Below are positions 14,726 through 23,672 of a DNA stretch of 32,000 nucleotides, one piece after another; position 1 is the stretch's first letter; each line of letters starts with the position of its first letter. The stretch is taken from the NCBI RefSeq assembly GCF_000007985.2, contig NC_002939.5, forward strand, positions 3,270,001 through 3,302,000, in the 5' to 3' direction. Both the position numbers and the translations under genes were made by a program. The notes below the pieces were generated by a model that did no database searches, was not told the DNA's origin, and saw only the letters and a program-made list of their open reading frames with translations. The DNA is from Geobacter sulfurreducens PCA (GTDB lineage Bacteria; Desulfobacterota; Desulfuromonadia; Geobacterales; Geobacteraceae).

Positions 14726-17116
14726 CTACTCCGGCAACATCCCGCCGAGGCCGCAGAGTTCCAGCATGCGATCAATGTTCAGATGCTTCTCCAGGTGCGC
14801 GGCAAGCAGGTTGAAGGGATCGTCGCCCCCCTGTCCGGGCCGGCGCTCCGCCAACCCCTTCGCCTTGCGCAGCCGGTTGAGGAGCGAGGTGCGAAACACG
14901 GCATTGTCGAAGATACCGTGCAGGTAGGTGCCGAACACGCGGCCGTCACTGGAGACGGCGCCGTCCAGCACCTCCACCGGCGCGCCGGAACGGCTCGTGA
15001 TCCGGGCAAAGGGACGGACCGACGGGCCGAGGATCGTCTCTCCCATGTGGATTTCATAGCCGGCCAGCCCCCCCCGGCAGCGGGGCGCCACCAGGAACCC
15101 CGACGGCAGCAGCTCGGCCGCGGCCCGATGGGTGGATTTCTGCTCCAGCATCACCGTGACCACGTCCAGCAGCCCGAGCCCCTCGGCCTCGCGGATGTCG
15201 GACTCCACTGCATGGGGATCGGCAACCCGCTTGCCGAGCATCTGGTACCCGCCGCAGATGCCCACGATGGGGCCGGTGAACGATTGTATCGCCGGAAACA
15301 ATCCCCGCTCCATGAGAAAGAAGAGATCGGTGGTGGTCGCCTTGCTCCCCGGGATAACGAGGAGATCGAGTCCTCGCAGCTGCTCTTCACCCTCCACATA
15401 CGTGAGCTGGACATCCGGCTCCGCCTCCAGGGCGTCGAAATCGGTGTAGTTGGAGATGCGTGACAGCTTCACCACGCCGATGTTCAGCCGATCTGCCGCC
15501 GGGCCCCGATCGCCGTTTTCCGCTTTCCGCTTTTCCAGGGCCACGCTGTCTTCCTCGGGAAGACGGAAGCCGCTGAAACAGGGCACCACTCCCAAAACAG
15601 GCACACCGGTGCGCTCCTCAATGAAACCGATGCCCGGCGCCAGGAGCGATGCATCCCCCCGGAACTTGTTGATGATCACGCCGGCGATCCGCTCCCGCTC
15701 ATGGGGCTCCAGAAGCTCCAGGGTACCGACGATCTGGGCGAACACCCCGCCACGGTCTATGTCCGCCACCAGCACGGCCTTGCAGCCAGCCATCTCCGCC
15801 ACCTTCAGGTTGGCGATGTCATGGCGCTTCAGGTTGATCTCGGCGATGCTGCCGGCCCCCTCGATCACCACCAGGTCATGGCCGGCGGCGAGTCGCCCGA
15901 AGCTCTCGCGCGCCTTCTCGAAGGCGGTGGGCTTGTAGTCGTTGTATTCCCGAACCGTCATGTTCCCCACCACCGCCCCCTGGACGATCACCTGGCTGCC
16001 GCAGTCGGTGGTCGGCTTAAGGAGTATGGGGTTCATGTCGGTGTGGGGCTCGATGCCGCAGGCCTCCGCCTGCACCGCCTGGGCCCGGCCGATCTCTCCG
16101 CCTTCCGGTGTAACGGCCGAGTTGAGGGCCATGTTCTGGGACTTGAACGGCGCCACGGAGAAGCCCCGGTTTTTCATGATGCGGCAGATACCGGCCGTAA
16201 CAACCGACTTCCCCACGTCGGAGGCAGTGCCGACGACCATCAGGGACCGGGAATGTGAAGCCGGGGACCCGGGATCGGGAATCGGGGACCGGGAATTCAA
16301 AATCCGAGACGGAGAATCGGACAACTGTCCATCGACTGAGTTCTTTTGCTGTTCCCCGGCCCCTGGTCCCTCGGCCCCGGGCCCGGCCTTATAGCCCCGC
16401 GGCGTAACCATCCGGCCCTCCCGATCCACGAAGGTGGCGGAGTTGCCGATGATGACCAGGGAAAACATGTCGATCTCATGGTCGAGCATTGACGCCAGGG
16501 TGGTCACAACCCGGGTCTCCCCTTCCCGGCAGGCGTTGCGGACAATGCCGACCGGCGTGGTGGAGGCGCGGGCCGCCAGCAGGATCGTCCGGGCCTCCTC
16601 GATCTGCGTGACCCGCCCCTTGCTCCGGGGGTTGTAGAGGGCAACCACGAAGTCGGCGGCCGCGGCGGCCACGAGCCGGCGCTCGATGACATCCCAGGGG
16701 GTCAGGAGATCCGACAGGGAGATGACTGCAAAATCGTGCATCAGCGGCGCGCCGAGAACGGAAGCAGCCGCCTGCACCGCCGACACTCCCGGCACCACCA
16801 CGATCTCGGGGGGGGCTGTCATCGTGGCCGCAAGCTCCATGGCCAGCCCAGCCATGCCGTAGACCCCCGCGTCGCCGCTGGAGACCAGCGCCACGGTTTT
16901 GCCCGCCGCAGCGGCATCCAGGGCCTCGCGGCAGCGGTCAACCTCCTTCATCATCCCCGAGGAGACAACCTCCTTGCCGTCAAGCAGGGGCTCGATGAAC
17001 CCCAGGTAGGTCTTGTAGCCTACCACCACCTGGGCCCGCTCGATGGCTTCGGTGGCGTGGAACGTCATATGGTCGAGGTCGCCGGGACCGATCCCGACGA
17101 CGTAGAGTATGGACAT
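14726..17116 (-). CDS. cbiH/cbiP: Fusion protein: cobalt-factor III / precorrin-3B C17-methyltransferase (CbiH) joined by a ~50-aa low-complexity linker to cobyric acid synthase (CbiP/CobQ)
   Basis: ATG at 17116 with GAGG 6 nt upstream. The N-terminal ~240 aa are MSILYVVGIGPGDLDHMT...SSGDAGVYGMAG (tetrapyrrole methylase). The linker is GPGAEGPGAGEQQKNSVDGQLSDSPSRILNSRSPIPDPGSPASHSRS. The CbiP part follows: LMVVGTASDVGKSVVTAGICRIM...GICGGYQMLG (GATase). It is one uninterrupted frame. Confidence 0.85.
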   Translation of the reverse strand: MSILYVVGIGPGDLDHMTFHATEAIERAQVVVGYKTYLGFIEPLLDGKEVVSSGMMKEVDRCREALDAAAAGKTVALVSSGDAGVYGMAGLAMELAATMTAPPEIVVVPGVSAVQAAASVLGAPLMHDFAVISLSDLLTPWDVIERRLVAAAAADFVVALYNPRSKGRVTQIEEARTILLAARASTTPVGIVRNACREGETRVVTTLASMLDHEIDMFSLVIIGNSATFVDREGRMVTPRGYKAGPGAEGPGAGEQQKNSVDGQLSDSPSRILNSRSPIPDPGSPASHSRSLMVVGTASDVGKSVVTAGICRIMKNRGFSVAPFKSQNMALNSAVTPEGGEIGRAQAVQAEACGIEPHTDMNPILLKPTTDCGSQVIVQGAVVGNMTVREYNDYKPTAFEKARESFGRLAAGHDLVVIEGAGSIAEINLKRHDIANLKVAEMAGCKAVLVADIDRGGVFAQIVGTLELLEPHERERIAGVIINKFRGDASLLAPGIGFIEERTGVPVLGVVPCFSGFRLPEEDSVALEKRKAENGDRGPAADRLNIGVVKLSRISNYTDFDALEAEPDVQLTYVEGEEQLRGLDLLVIPGSKATTTDLFFLMERGLFPAIQSFTGPIVGICGGYQMLGKRVADPHAVESDIREAEGLGLLDVVTVMLEQKSTHRAAAELLPSGFLVAPRCRGGLAGYEIHMGETILGPSVRPFARITSRSGAPVEVLDGAVSSDGRVFGTYLHGIFDNAVFRTSLLNRLRKAKGLAERRPGQGGDDPFNLLAAHLEKHLNIDRMLELCGLGGMLPE
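16243..16317. repeat. Degenerate 12-nt tandem-like repeat (GGGACCGGGAAT x2 exact, plus GGGATCGGGAAT and GAGACGGAGAAT) inside the CbiH-CbiP linker coding region
   Basis: Exact copies at 16243-16254 and 16285-16296. Variants at 16271-16282 and 16306-16317. Confidence 0.5.
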
Positions 17117-17129
17117 CACAAACCTCGTA

Positions 17130-18185
17130 TCAGACGATTTCAGCTATGGCCAGGGTCACGTTGCCGCTCTTGACCTTCTTGAGCAGAAGGCTCCCCCCGT
17201 TGGACGCGAGCACCGCCGACGGCTCGGCCACACCAACGGCGCCGATGGCCTCCAGGGCGTGGGCCGACGGCGGCGACGGCACGGCAACGCCGTTCAACTC
17301 CTCGCTCTCGTAGAACCGGAGCTCAATGCAGTGGCGCTCGGCAAACCGGAGCAACCCCTCCTCGCCGCGCTTGGCCATGGCCGAGCCGATGACCGCCACG
17401 CTCTTGAGGGCGAGGAAGAGGCGCTTGAGCTGGACCGTGACGACCTCTTCGATCTCCTCGGCCGGGGTCCCGCTGTTACAGCCGATCCCCAGGGCCAGGT
17501 TCCGCGGGCGCAGGATCAACAGGGCGTCGGACTGCGATTGGGGCGGCAGCCGGCGATTGGTGGCGAAGACGAACCCCTTGGCGCCGCTCTGGAGGGCCTG
17601 CACAAAGGTATCGTGAAACGTGAGCCGTGCCTTGCCGTTGAAATAGGCCCTGACCCGGTCCGTCGGGTCCACCACGGCAATTTCTTCCCCCTCCAGCAGC
17701 AGGGCGTTCAGCGTCTTGATGCGGGAAAGGTCCTCGATGGCCCAGCCGGCCTCCTTGGCGAGCAGATCGAAGGAGGGAAGATCGTTGGCATCGGTGGCGG
17801 TAGTGATCACCTCACGGGCCCCGGTGACGTGGGCGCAACGGCAAGCCAGTTCATTGGCCCCGCCCAGGTGGCCGGAGAGGAGCGACACGGCGAACCGCCC
17901 CCCTTCGTCCATGACCACCACTGCCGGGTCCTTGTCCTTTGACTCCAGCAATGGCGCGATCATCCGCACCACGATGCCGGCCGCCATGATGAAGACAAAG
18001 CCCTTCACGTCCGGCCAGAGGCGCGCCACAAGCCCCTTCAGATCCCCCGCAAACGGCACGGCCACCTTCCCGGCCTGGCCCGCGAACTTCTGGAGGACGT
18101 GGAGGTCAGCGGTGCCCAGTCCCTCCCGCAGCTGGGAGCCGAGCCGGGCCCCGTTGCGGGTTATGGCGATGATGGCGATGCGCAT
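17130..18185 (-). CDS. cbiG: Cobalt-precorrin-5A hydrolase
   Basis: 351 aa. MRIAIIAITRNGARLG..., the VVMDEGGRFAVSLLSGHLGGAN motif, and a C-terminal GIGCNSGTPAEEI domain. AGGAGG upstream. Confidence 0.85.
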   Translation of the reverse strand: MRIAIIAITRNGARLGSQLREGLGTADLHVLQKFAGQAGKVAVPFAGDLKGLVARLWPDVKGFVFIMAAGIVVRMIAPLLESKDKDPAVVVMDEGGRFAVSLLSGHLGGANELACRCAHVTGAREVITTATDANDLPSFDLLAKEAGWAIEDLSRIKTLNALLLEGEEIAVVDPTDRVRAYFNGKARLTFHDTFVQALQSGAKGFVFATNRRLPPQSQSDALLILRPRNLALGIGCNSGTPAEEIEEVVTVQLKRLFLALKSVAVIGSAMAKRGEEGLLRFAERHCIELRFYESEELNGVAVPSPPSAHALEAIGAVGVAEPSAVLASNGGSLLLKKVKSGNVTLAIAEIV

Positions 18186-18215
18186 GACGCCTAACCTCCT
18201 TTGCCGCGGGAAATG

Positions 18216-19028
18216 CTACGTGATAATCCCCGTGCGGAACTCGTGCGAGAATCCGCCGTCGTACAGGAGCGACCGGGCCTTCAGCCCTTCCCGGCGCGCC
18301 TTCAGCACGTCCCCCACGAGGATGATCGCCTGTTTGCCGATGCCGGAGCTCCGCACCTTGTCGGCGATGTCGGCAAGGGTTCCCTCCACCGCCTGCTCGT
18401 CGGGCCAGGACGCCCGGGACACCACCGCCGCGGGGGTAGCCGGCGTGTAGGCCCCCTGGAGGAGTTCCGCCACCACCTGCTCGATCATGCCGACCGACAG
18501 GTAGATGACGAGCGTCGCCCCGATCCGGGCGATCTCCGCCAGCCGCTCCCGCTCGGGCACCGGGGTCCGACCGGCCAGCCTGGTTATGATGACCGTTTGT
18601 GATACCTCCGGCAGGGTCAGCTCCTGCTTCAGGGATGCCGCTGCGGCAAAGGCGCTCGTCACGCCGGGAACCACCTCGTAGCCGATGCCGAGCCGGTCCA
18701 GTTCAACCATCTGCTCCTGGATGGCCCCGTAGATGGAGGGGTCGCCGGTGTGGAGGCGCACGGCCCGCCGGCCGTCGGCCACGGCCCGGGCCAGGAGCGC
18801 CGTGGTCTCCTCCAGGGTCAGGGCGGCGGAGTCATGCACCTCGGCGCCGGGGGCGTAGGTGCGGACCAGTTCGCGGTCCACCAGGCTCCCGGCATAGACC
18901 ACCACCTTGGCCTCCCGCAGGAGCCGGGCACCCTTCACGGTGATCAATTCGGCATCGCCGGGGCCGGCGCCGACGAAGTGGACAATGGGGTTATCAGCGA
19001 CAGATGACACGGGGAACAACCTTTCCAA
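18216..19028 (-). CDS. cbiF: Cobalt-precorrin-4 C11-methyltransferase
   Basis: VHFVGAGPGDAELITVKGARLLREAKVVVYAGSLV and HTGDPSIYGA are typical of CbiF/CobM. The start is uncertain: TTG at 19028 (track) or GTG at 19010. Confidence 0.85.
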   Translation of the reverse strand: MERLFPVSSVADNPIVHFVGAGPGDAELITVKGARLLREAKVVVYAGSLVDRELVRTYAPGAEVHDSAALTLEETTALLARAVADGRRAVRLHTGDPSIYGAIQEQMVELDRLGIGYEVVPGVTSAFAAAASLKQELTLPEVSQTVIITRLAGRTPVPERERLAEIARIGATLVIYLSVGMIEQVVAELLQGAYTPATPAAVVSRASWPDEQAVEGTLADIADKVRSSGIGKQAIILVGDVLKARREGLKARSLLYDGGFSHEFRTGIIT

Positions 19029-19040
19029 TGGCGTTCGGTG

Positions 19041-19751
19041 CTACTTCCTGACAATCAGCAGCGACAGGTAGTCGAGCTTCTCCCCCACGAGCCGCTCCAG
19101 ATCGAACACCACCTCCTCGTCGGCAGAACCGACCCGGCGCACGAACACCCCGCACCGCTCCAGCCCCAGCTCCTTCAGCAGGGCGTAGACCCGGTCGAAG
19201 ACCCGGTTGACCTTCATAAGGACCACGGTGTCGTACCGGGCGAAGGTTTCGCGCAGGTCCGCATCCTCGTAGGTGGTGGGGAGGATGGCGATCCGCTCGG
19301 CAGCCATCCCCAAGGGGACACCGGCAACCGCGGCGGCGGCAGTAATGCTGGAAATTCCCGGCACAATCTCAACGGCTATTTCCGGATAGCACTCCCGGAA
19401 GATACGGTAGAGGTAGAGGAACGTGGAGTAGAGAAACGGATCGCCGATGGTGATGAACGCCACATCCCTGCCGTGCCGGACCCGCTCGGCCACCTGGGCG
19501 GCCGCATCTTCCCAGAAGGCGTCGAGCCCCTCCTGGTCCTTGCGCATGGGAAAGACCAGGGGCAGCACCTCCTGACGGGAGGGATCGATGAGGTCCTCCA
19601 CGATGGAAAGGGCATAGCTGGCGGCATCGGCGGCGCCGGTGGGGGCACAGATGACATCGGCCGAGCGGATGATCCGCTCGGCCTTCCGGGTCAGGAGTTC
19701 CGGGTCGCCGGGGCCGACCCCGACGGCGTAAATTTTGGCGAAACCGCTCAC
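19041..19751 (-). CDS. cbiL: Cobalt-factor II (precorrin-2) C20-methyltransferase
   Basis: FAKIYAVGVGPGDPELLTRKAERIIRSADVICAP and ITIGDPFLYSTF. I prefer the GTG at 19751, which forms a GTGA overlap with the cbiET stop. The ATG at 19766 is an alternative. The track start at 19847 overlaps cbiET by 100 nt. Confidence 0.8.
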   Translation of the reverse strand: MSGFAKIYAVGVGPGDPELLTRKAERIIRSADVICAPTGAADAASYALSIVEDLIDPSRQEVLPLVFPMRKDQEGLDAFWEDAAAQVAERVRHGRDVAFITIGDPFLYSTFLYLYRIFRECYPEIAVEIVPGISSITAAAAVAGVPLGMAAERIAILPTTYEDADLRETFARYDTVVLMKVNRVFDRVYALLKELGLERCGVFVRRVGSADEEVVFDLERLVGEKLDYLSLLIVRK

Positions 19752-20965
19752 TCTTCGCCTTTCCATGCCGAGATGATGTAGACCGGATTCTGGGCCTCGA
19801 ACATCTTGTACTCGGTGAGCCCTCGGGTCTTGGCCACGTTGACGCACGCCACCTCCACCAGGTAGCCGTGGTCTTCCAGGAACTCCACCGCCTTGGTGAG
19901 GGTATCCAGGGTCACGGCGTTGAGGACGATGACCCCCTCGGGCTTGAGCCGGCGGTCCACGGCCTCGATGATCTCCTCCAGCATGCCGCCGGAACCGCCG
20001 ATGAAAACCCGGTCGGGGTCGGGCAGCTCATCGAGCCCCTCGGGGGCGAACGCCTCCACCAGCACGACGTTGCGGGCCACGAATTTCTTCAGGTTCTCCC
20101 GCAGGAAGGTCACGTACTGGGGATTGCGCTCCAGGGCGAAGAGCCGGCCATTGGGCATGAGGTTGGACGCCTCGATGGATACCGAGCCGCTGCCCGCGCC
20201 GATGTCCCACATGACCAGGTCGTCCTGGAGCCGGAGCTTGGCCAGGGTGACGGCCCGCACTTCCTGCTTGGTGATCAGCTTCTTGGCCGTGGCGAACTCG
20301 TCGTCCGCGATGCCCATGACCGGGTACTGGGCCAGCTGGGGTTCCCATGCCTTCACGAGGATGAGGATGTTGAGTTCCGAGGCGGCAATGTCCAGCAGCC
20401 CCTTCACATCGGTGCGGGTGAACTTCTCGGCCGGCGTCCCCATGTCCTCGCAGAGCCACGCCTCGTACCCCTCGGCGCCGCGCTCGATCAGTTCGCGGGC
20501 GATGGCTGCGGGGGTATTGATCTTGTCGGTAAGAACCGCCACCTTCTCGGCGGCCACGATCCGGTCCACGGCGGGCTTGAGCCCCCGGCCGTGCACCGAG
20601 ACGAAGATGGCGTCGTCCCAGGGTTCCTTGATCCGGGCAAAGGCGTACTGCACGCTCGTCACGTTGGGAAAGATCTCGATCCGGTCCTTGGAGAGATTGC
20701 GGAGCAGGAAGCGGGCGATGCCGAAAAAGTTGGGGTCCCCGGAGCCAAGGACAACGGTCCGCTTGTCGGTGTTCTTCAGCTGCTCCAGGAGGATGGAGAG
20801 ATCGCCCAGTTCCTGCTTCTTCCCCTTGAACTCGGGAAAGGTGTCCAGATGACGCCGGTGGCCGATGAGAACCTCGGCCTCGTTGATGACTTCGAGGGCC
20901 TTGGAGCCGAACCCCTCCCACCCTTCGATGCCGGCGCCGACGAGATAAATTTTCTGATGAGGCAT
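19748..20965 (-). CDS. cbiET: Cobalt-precorrin-6B/7 C5,C15-methyltransferase (decarboxylating), fused CbiE-CbiT (CobL-like)
   Basis: 405 aa. The N-terminal half is a tetrapyrrole methylase (KIYLVGAGIEG...VLGSGDPNFFGI). The C-terminal half is a SAM methyltransferase (VMWDIGAGSGSVSIEA). AGGAGG upstream. Confidence 0.9.
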   Translation of the reverse strand: MPHQKIYLVGAGIEGWEGFGSKALEVINEAEVLIGHRRHLDTFPEFKGKKQELGDLSILLEQLKNTDKRTVVLGSGDPNFFGIARFLLRNLSKDRIEIFPNVTSVQYAFARIKEPWDDAIFVSVHGRGLKPAVDRIVAAEKVAVLTDKINTPAAIARELIERGAEGYEAWLCEDMGTPAEKFTRTDVKGLLDIAASELNILILVKAWEPQLAQYPVMGIADDEFATAKKLITKQEVRAVTLAKLRLQDDLVMWDIGAGSGSVSIEASNLMPNGRLFALERNPQYVTFLRENLKKFVARNVVLVEAFAPEGLDELPDPDRVFIGGSGGMLEEIIEAVDRRLKPEGVIVLNAVTLDTLTKAVEFLEDHGYLVEVACVNVAKTRGLTEYKMFEAQNPVYIISAWKGEE

Positions 20966-21009
20966 GGGGAAACCTCCTTTATGGCAAATTGCAGGACAGA
21001 GCGAACATT

Positions 21010-22098
21010 TTATCCGAAATATAGCACCGTTGAATCGTAGCCCGCCAGCAAAACCTTGATGCGCAGGGAAGGAGCCAGCAGCCGGGCCGCTTCCCGGGCC
21101 CGGCTGCAGACCAGCTCCATGAGGGCGGGGTCATTGCCCGACGCCTCCAGCACCTGCCGGGCGGTGTTGGCACCTTCAACGAGCGACGCCAGATGCGAGG
21201 CGGCAGGGGTGGCGGCGATCCATTCGGCCAGCAGCCGCAAGTCAAGTTCGGAGGAGGAGACATGGGTCTGCTCATGGCCGCAGGCGATCTTCAGGAGCTT
21301 GGCGAACTGACCCGCGAGAACCGCCTGTTCCGCCCCCTTGCGGGCGCAGGCCCGGAGCGCGTACCCCACGTGATCGCCCATCATCACGCAGGCCTCTTCC
21401 CGCAGATGCTCCCCGGCCAGAGCCCCCTGGACCACCAGCTCACTCGTCCGGCCGGTGGAGAGGACCAGGGTCCGGCAGCCGCAGGCCAGGGCCACATCAA
21501 TGGCGGCGTCGAGGGTGTCGGTCCAGGCCTTGGCCGAGATGGGCCGGACGATGCCGGTGGTCCCGAGGATGGAGAGCCCCCCCACGATGCCCAGGCGGGC
21601 ATTGAGGGTCTTTTTCGCCAGTTCTTCGCCATTGGGAATGGAGACGGTGACCGTGAGGATCTGGGGAAGGCAGACAACCGAAAACTCGGCCTTGACCGCC
21701 TCGGTGATCATGCGCATGGGCACGGGGTTGATGGCAGGTTCACCCACCGGCACGGCAAGCCCCGGCTTGGTGATCGTCCCCACCCCGCGGCCGCCGGTGA
21801 CAAAGACCATGGTCCGGGCGCCGGGCCGGTTGAGGGCCTCGCGCCGGACGGTTGCGTGGATTTCGGCGCCGTTGGTCACATCTGGGTCGTCGCCGGCGTC
21901 CTTCACCACGTGGCAGGTGGCCCAGGTCTCGGTGAACTCCTGGCCGTGGAGACGGAAGGCCACCCGCTCTCCCCGGGGCAGGACGATCTCGGCCTCGTCC
22001 GCCAGCTCCTGGCGCCGGAGCATCCGGGCCGCTCCGGCAGCCGCGGCCGCGGCGCAGGCACCAGTGGTGTAGCCGTGGCGAAGCTCCCGGCCAGACAC
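21010..22098 (-). CDS. cbiD: Cobalt-precorrin-5B C1-methyltransferase
   Basis: 362 aa. LRHGYTTGACAAAAAAGAA and GIVGGLSILGTTGIVRPIS are hallmark CbiD motifs. GTG start. Confidence 0.9.
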   Translation of the reverse strand: MSGRELRHGYTTGACAAAAAAGAARMLRRQELADEAEIVLPRGERVAFRLHGQEFTETWATCHVVKDAGDDPDVTNGAEIHATVRREALNRPGARTMVFVTGGRGVGTITKPGLAVPVGEPAINPVPMRMITEAVKAEFSVVCLPQILTVTVSIPNGEELAKKTLNARLGIVGGLSILGTTGIVRPISAKAWTDTLDAAIDVALACGCRTLVLSTGRTSELVVQGALAGEHLREEACVMMGDHVGYALRACARKGAEQAVLAGQFAKLLKIACGHEQTHVSSSELDLRLLAEWIAATPAASHLASLVEGANTARQVLEASGNDPALMELVCSRAREAARLLAPSLRIKVLLAGYDSTVLYFG

Positions 22099-22104
22099 CG
22101 CACC

Positions 22105-22647
22105 CTACCCCAGGATCGCCGGGAGGGGAACACCCGACGCAAGCATGGCCAGGGCCTGCTCCCGCAGTTCGTCCTTGCCCAGCTCTTCCTTGCCCACCAC
22201 TTCCTCCACGTCGATCCGCACGATGCCGGTGATGGCCAGTTTTTCCTCCGGGAAGGAACCCCAGGTACCGTCGGGCTGGTATTTGCGCATGAGACAGTCG
22301 AGGGCAAGCACCTTCTCGGCCGCCTCCTCAACCAATCGCGCCCTGCCCCGCATGATCACGCTGCGGTAGAGGTACTCGGCCCGGCAGGGGGTTTCCGTCG
22401 TTCCCCGCACATAGGCGATGGGCAGGTCCACCTCAAAGCAGACCCGGTCCTCGTGGCGGATATCGTCGAGCTTCTCCCCTTCCAGGGCACAGTGGAAATA
22501 GATCCGCCCCTCGTGCCAAGCGAAGTTGAGGGGCTTGATCCGGGGCCAGCCGTCGGCTCCCAGGGTGCCGAGCCGCCCCACGTGACAGGTGTCGAGCATC
22601 CGGCGGATGATGTCGAAATCGGTGATTCGCTTGTTGGCTTTGCGCAT
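22105..22647 (-). CDS. Pyridoxamine-5'-phosphate-oxidase-like (FMN-binding split-barrel) family protein
   Basis: 180 aa. ITDFDIIRRMLDTCHVGRLGTLGADGWPRIKPLNFAWHEGRIYFHCALEGEKL fits the PNPOx/Nim-type split-barrel N-terminus. Its ATG shares one nt with the cbiC stop (TAATG). Its stop lies 6 nt before the cbiD start. Confidence 0.8.
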   Translation of the reverse strand: MRKANKRITDFDIIRRMLDTCHVGRLGTLGADGWPRIKPLNFAWHEGRIYFHCALEGEKLDDIRHEDRVCFEVDLPIAYVRGTTETPCRAEYLYRSVIMRGRARLVEEAAEKVLALDCLMRKYQPDGTWGSFPEEKLAITGIVRIDVEEVVGKEELGKDELREQALAMLASGVPLPAILG

Positions 22648-23288
22648 TACCCCTCCATAGCCATGATGAGCAGGGCGTTCACCACCGCCGCCGCCACGTT
22701 GGACCCCCCCTTGCGTCCCCGGTTGGTGATGAAGGGGACTTCCGGGACCTCATGCTCCAGGGCCAGGAGCGCCTCTTTGCTCTCCGCGGCCCCAACGAAC
22801 CCCACCGGCAAGCCCACCACCAAGTCGGGACGCAGACCCTCTTCCCGCACCAGGCGGATCAGCTCGAAGAGGGCCGTGGGTGCGTTGCCGATGACGAAGA
22901 TGCCGTTACCCCGGTCCGACGCCCCCGCACGTAGAGCCAGGATAGAGCGGGTGATCCCCTGCTCCCGGGCCCGGCGTGCCACATCGGGATCAGCCACGAA
23001 ACAGGAGACGGAGATGCCGAATCGCTCCAGGCGCGGCTTGGCGATGCCCGACAGGGCCATGGTGGTGTCGGTGACGATGCCTCTTCCCGCCTTGAGCGCG
23101 GCCAGGGCGCGCGGCACGGCGTCGGGGGAGAAGACCATGCTCCGGGCATAGTCGAAATCGGCGGAGGTATGGATGACGCGGCGCACCACCGGCCACTGGT
23201 CCGGCCCCCAGGAGTGGGAGCCCGCTTCGGCATCGATGATCCGGAACGACTCGGCCTCGATCTCCTCGGGGCGGAGGTGGACCGACAT
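22647..23288 (-). CDS. cbiC: Cobalt-precorrin-8 methylmutase
   Basis: ATG at 23288 (TGATG overlap with the cbiX stop) gives MSVHLRPEEIEAESFRIID..., which aligns with the canonical CbiC N-terminus. VIHTSADFDY and GNAPTAL motifs are present. Confidence 0.9.
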   Translation of the reverse strand: MSVHLRPEEIEAESFRIIDAEAGSHSWGPDQWPVVRRVIHTSADFDYARSMVFSPDAVPRALAALKAGRGIVTDTTMALSGIAKPRLERFGISVSCFVADPDVARRAREQGITRSILALRAGASDRGNGIFVIGNAPTALFELIRLVREEGLRPDLVVGLPVGFVGAAESKEALLALEHEVPEVPFITNRGRKGGSNVAAAVVNALLIMAMEG

Positions 23289-23671
23289 CAGCGCCACCCC
23301 GTGGCGGCGAGGGCTTCGGCGATCCGGTCAGCCGCCACCTCGGCCAGCTTGCGGTGCACGCCCAGATGCCCTCCCATGGCGAACTCCACGGCAGGGTAAC
23401 GGGTGCGGGCCTCGGCCATCTCCTCGGGGAGGTCCTCCTGCACGTGGGCCCCCACAAAGAGGAAGTAGGGCATCAGCAGAACCCGCTCCGCGCCTTGGGC
23501 CACGCAGGCATCGATCCCTTGCTGGATGTCCGGCAGGTGCTGTTCCCGGAACGACACCTCCACAATCTCGAACCCAGTCATTTCCTTCACCATGGCGGCG
23601 ATCTCCCGCACGGCGTCATTCGCCTCGGGGATACGGCTGCCATGGGCCATCAACAGAATAGCAGTCTTCAT
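23288..23671 (-). CDS. cbiX: Sirohydrochlorin cobaltochelatase, short single-domain CbiX(S) type
   Basis: 127 aa. MKTAILLMAHGSRIPEANDA... and LLMPYFLFVGAHV are typical of the CbiX fold. AGGAG upstream. Confidence 0.85.
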   Translation of the reverse strand: MKTAILLMAHGSRIPEANDAVREIAAMVKEMTGFEIVEVSFREQHLPDIQQGIDACVAQGAERVLLMPYFLFVGAHVQEDLPEEMAEARTRYPAVEFAMGGHLGVHRKLAEVAADRIAEALAATGWR

Positions 23672-23672
23672 G

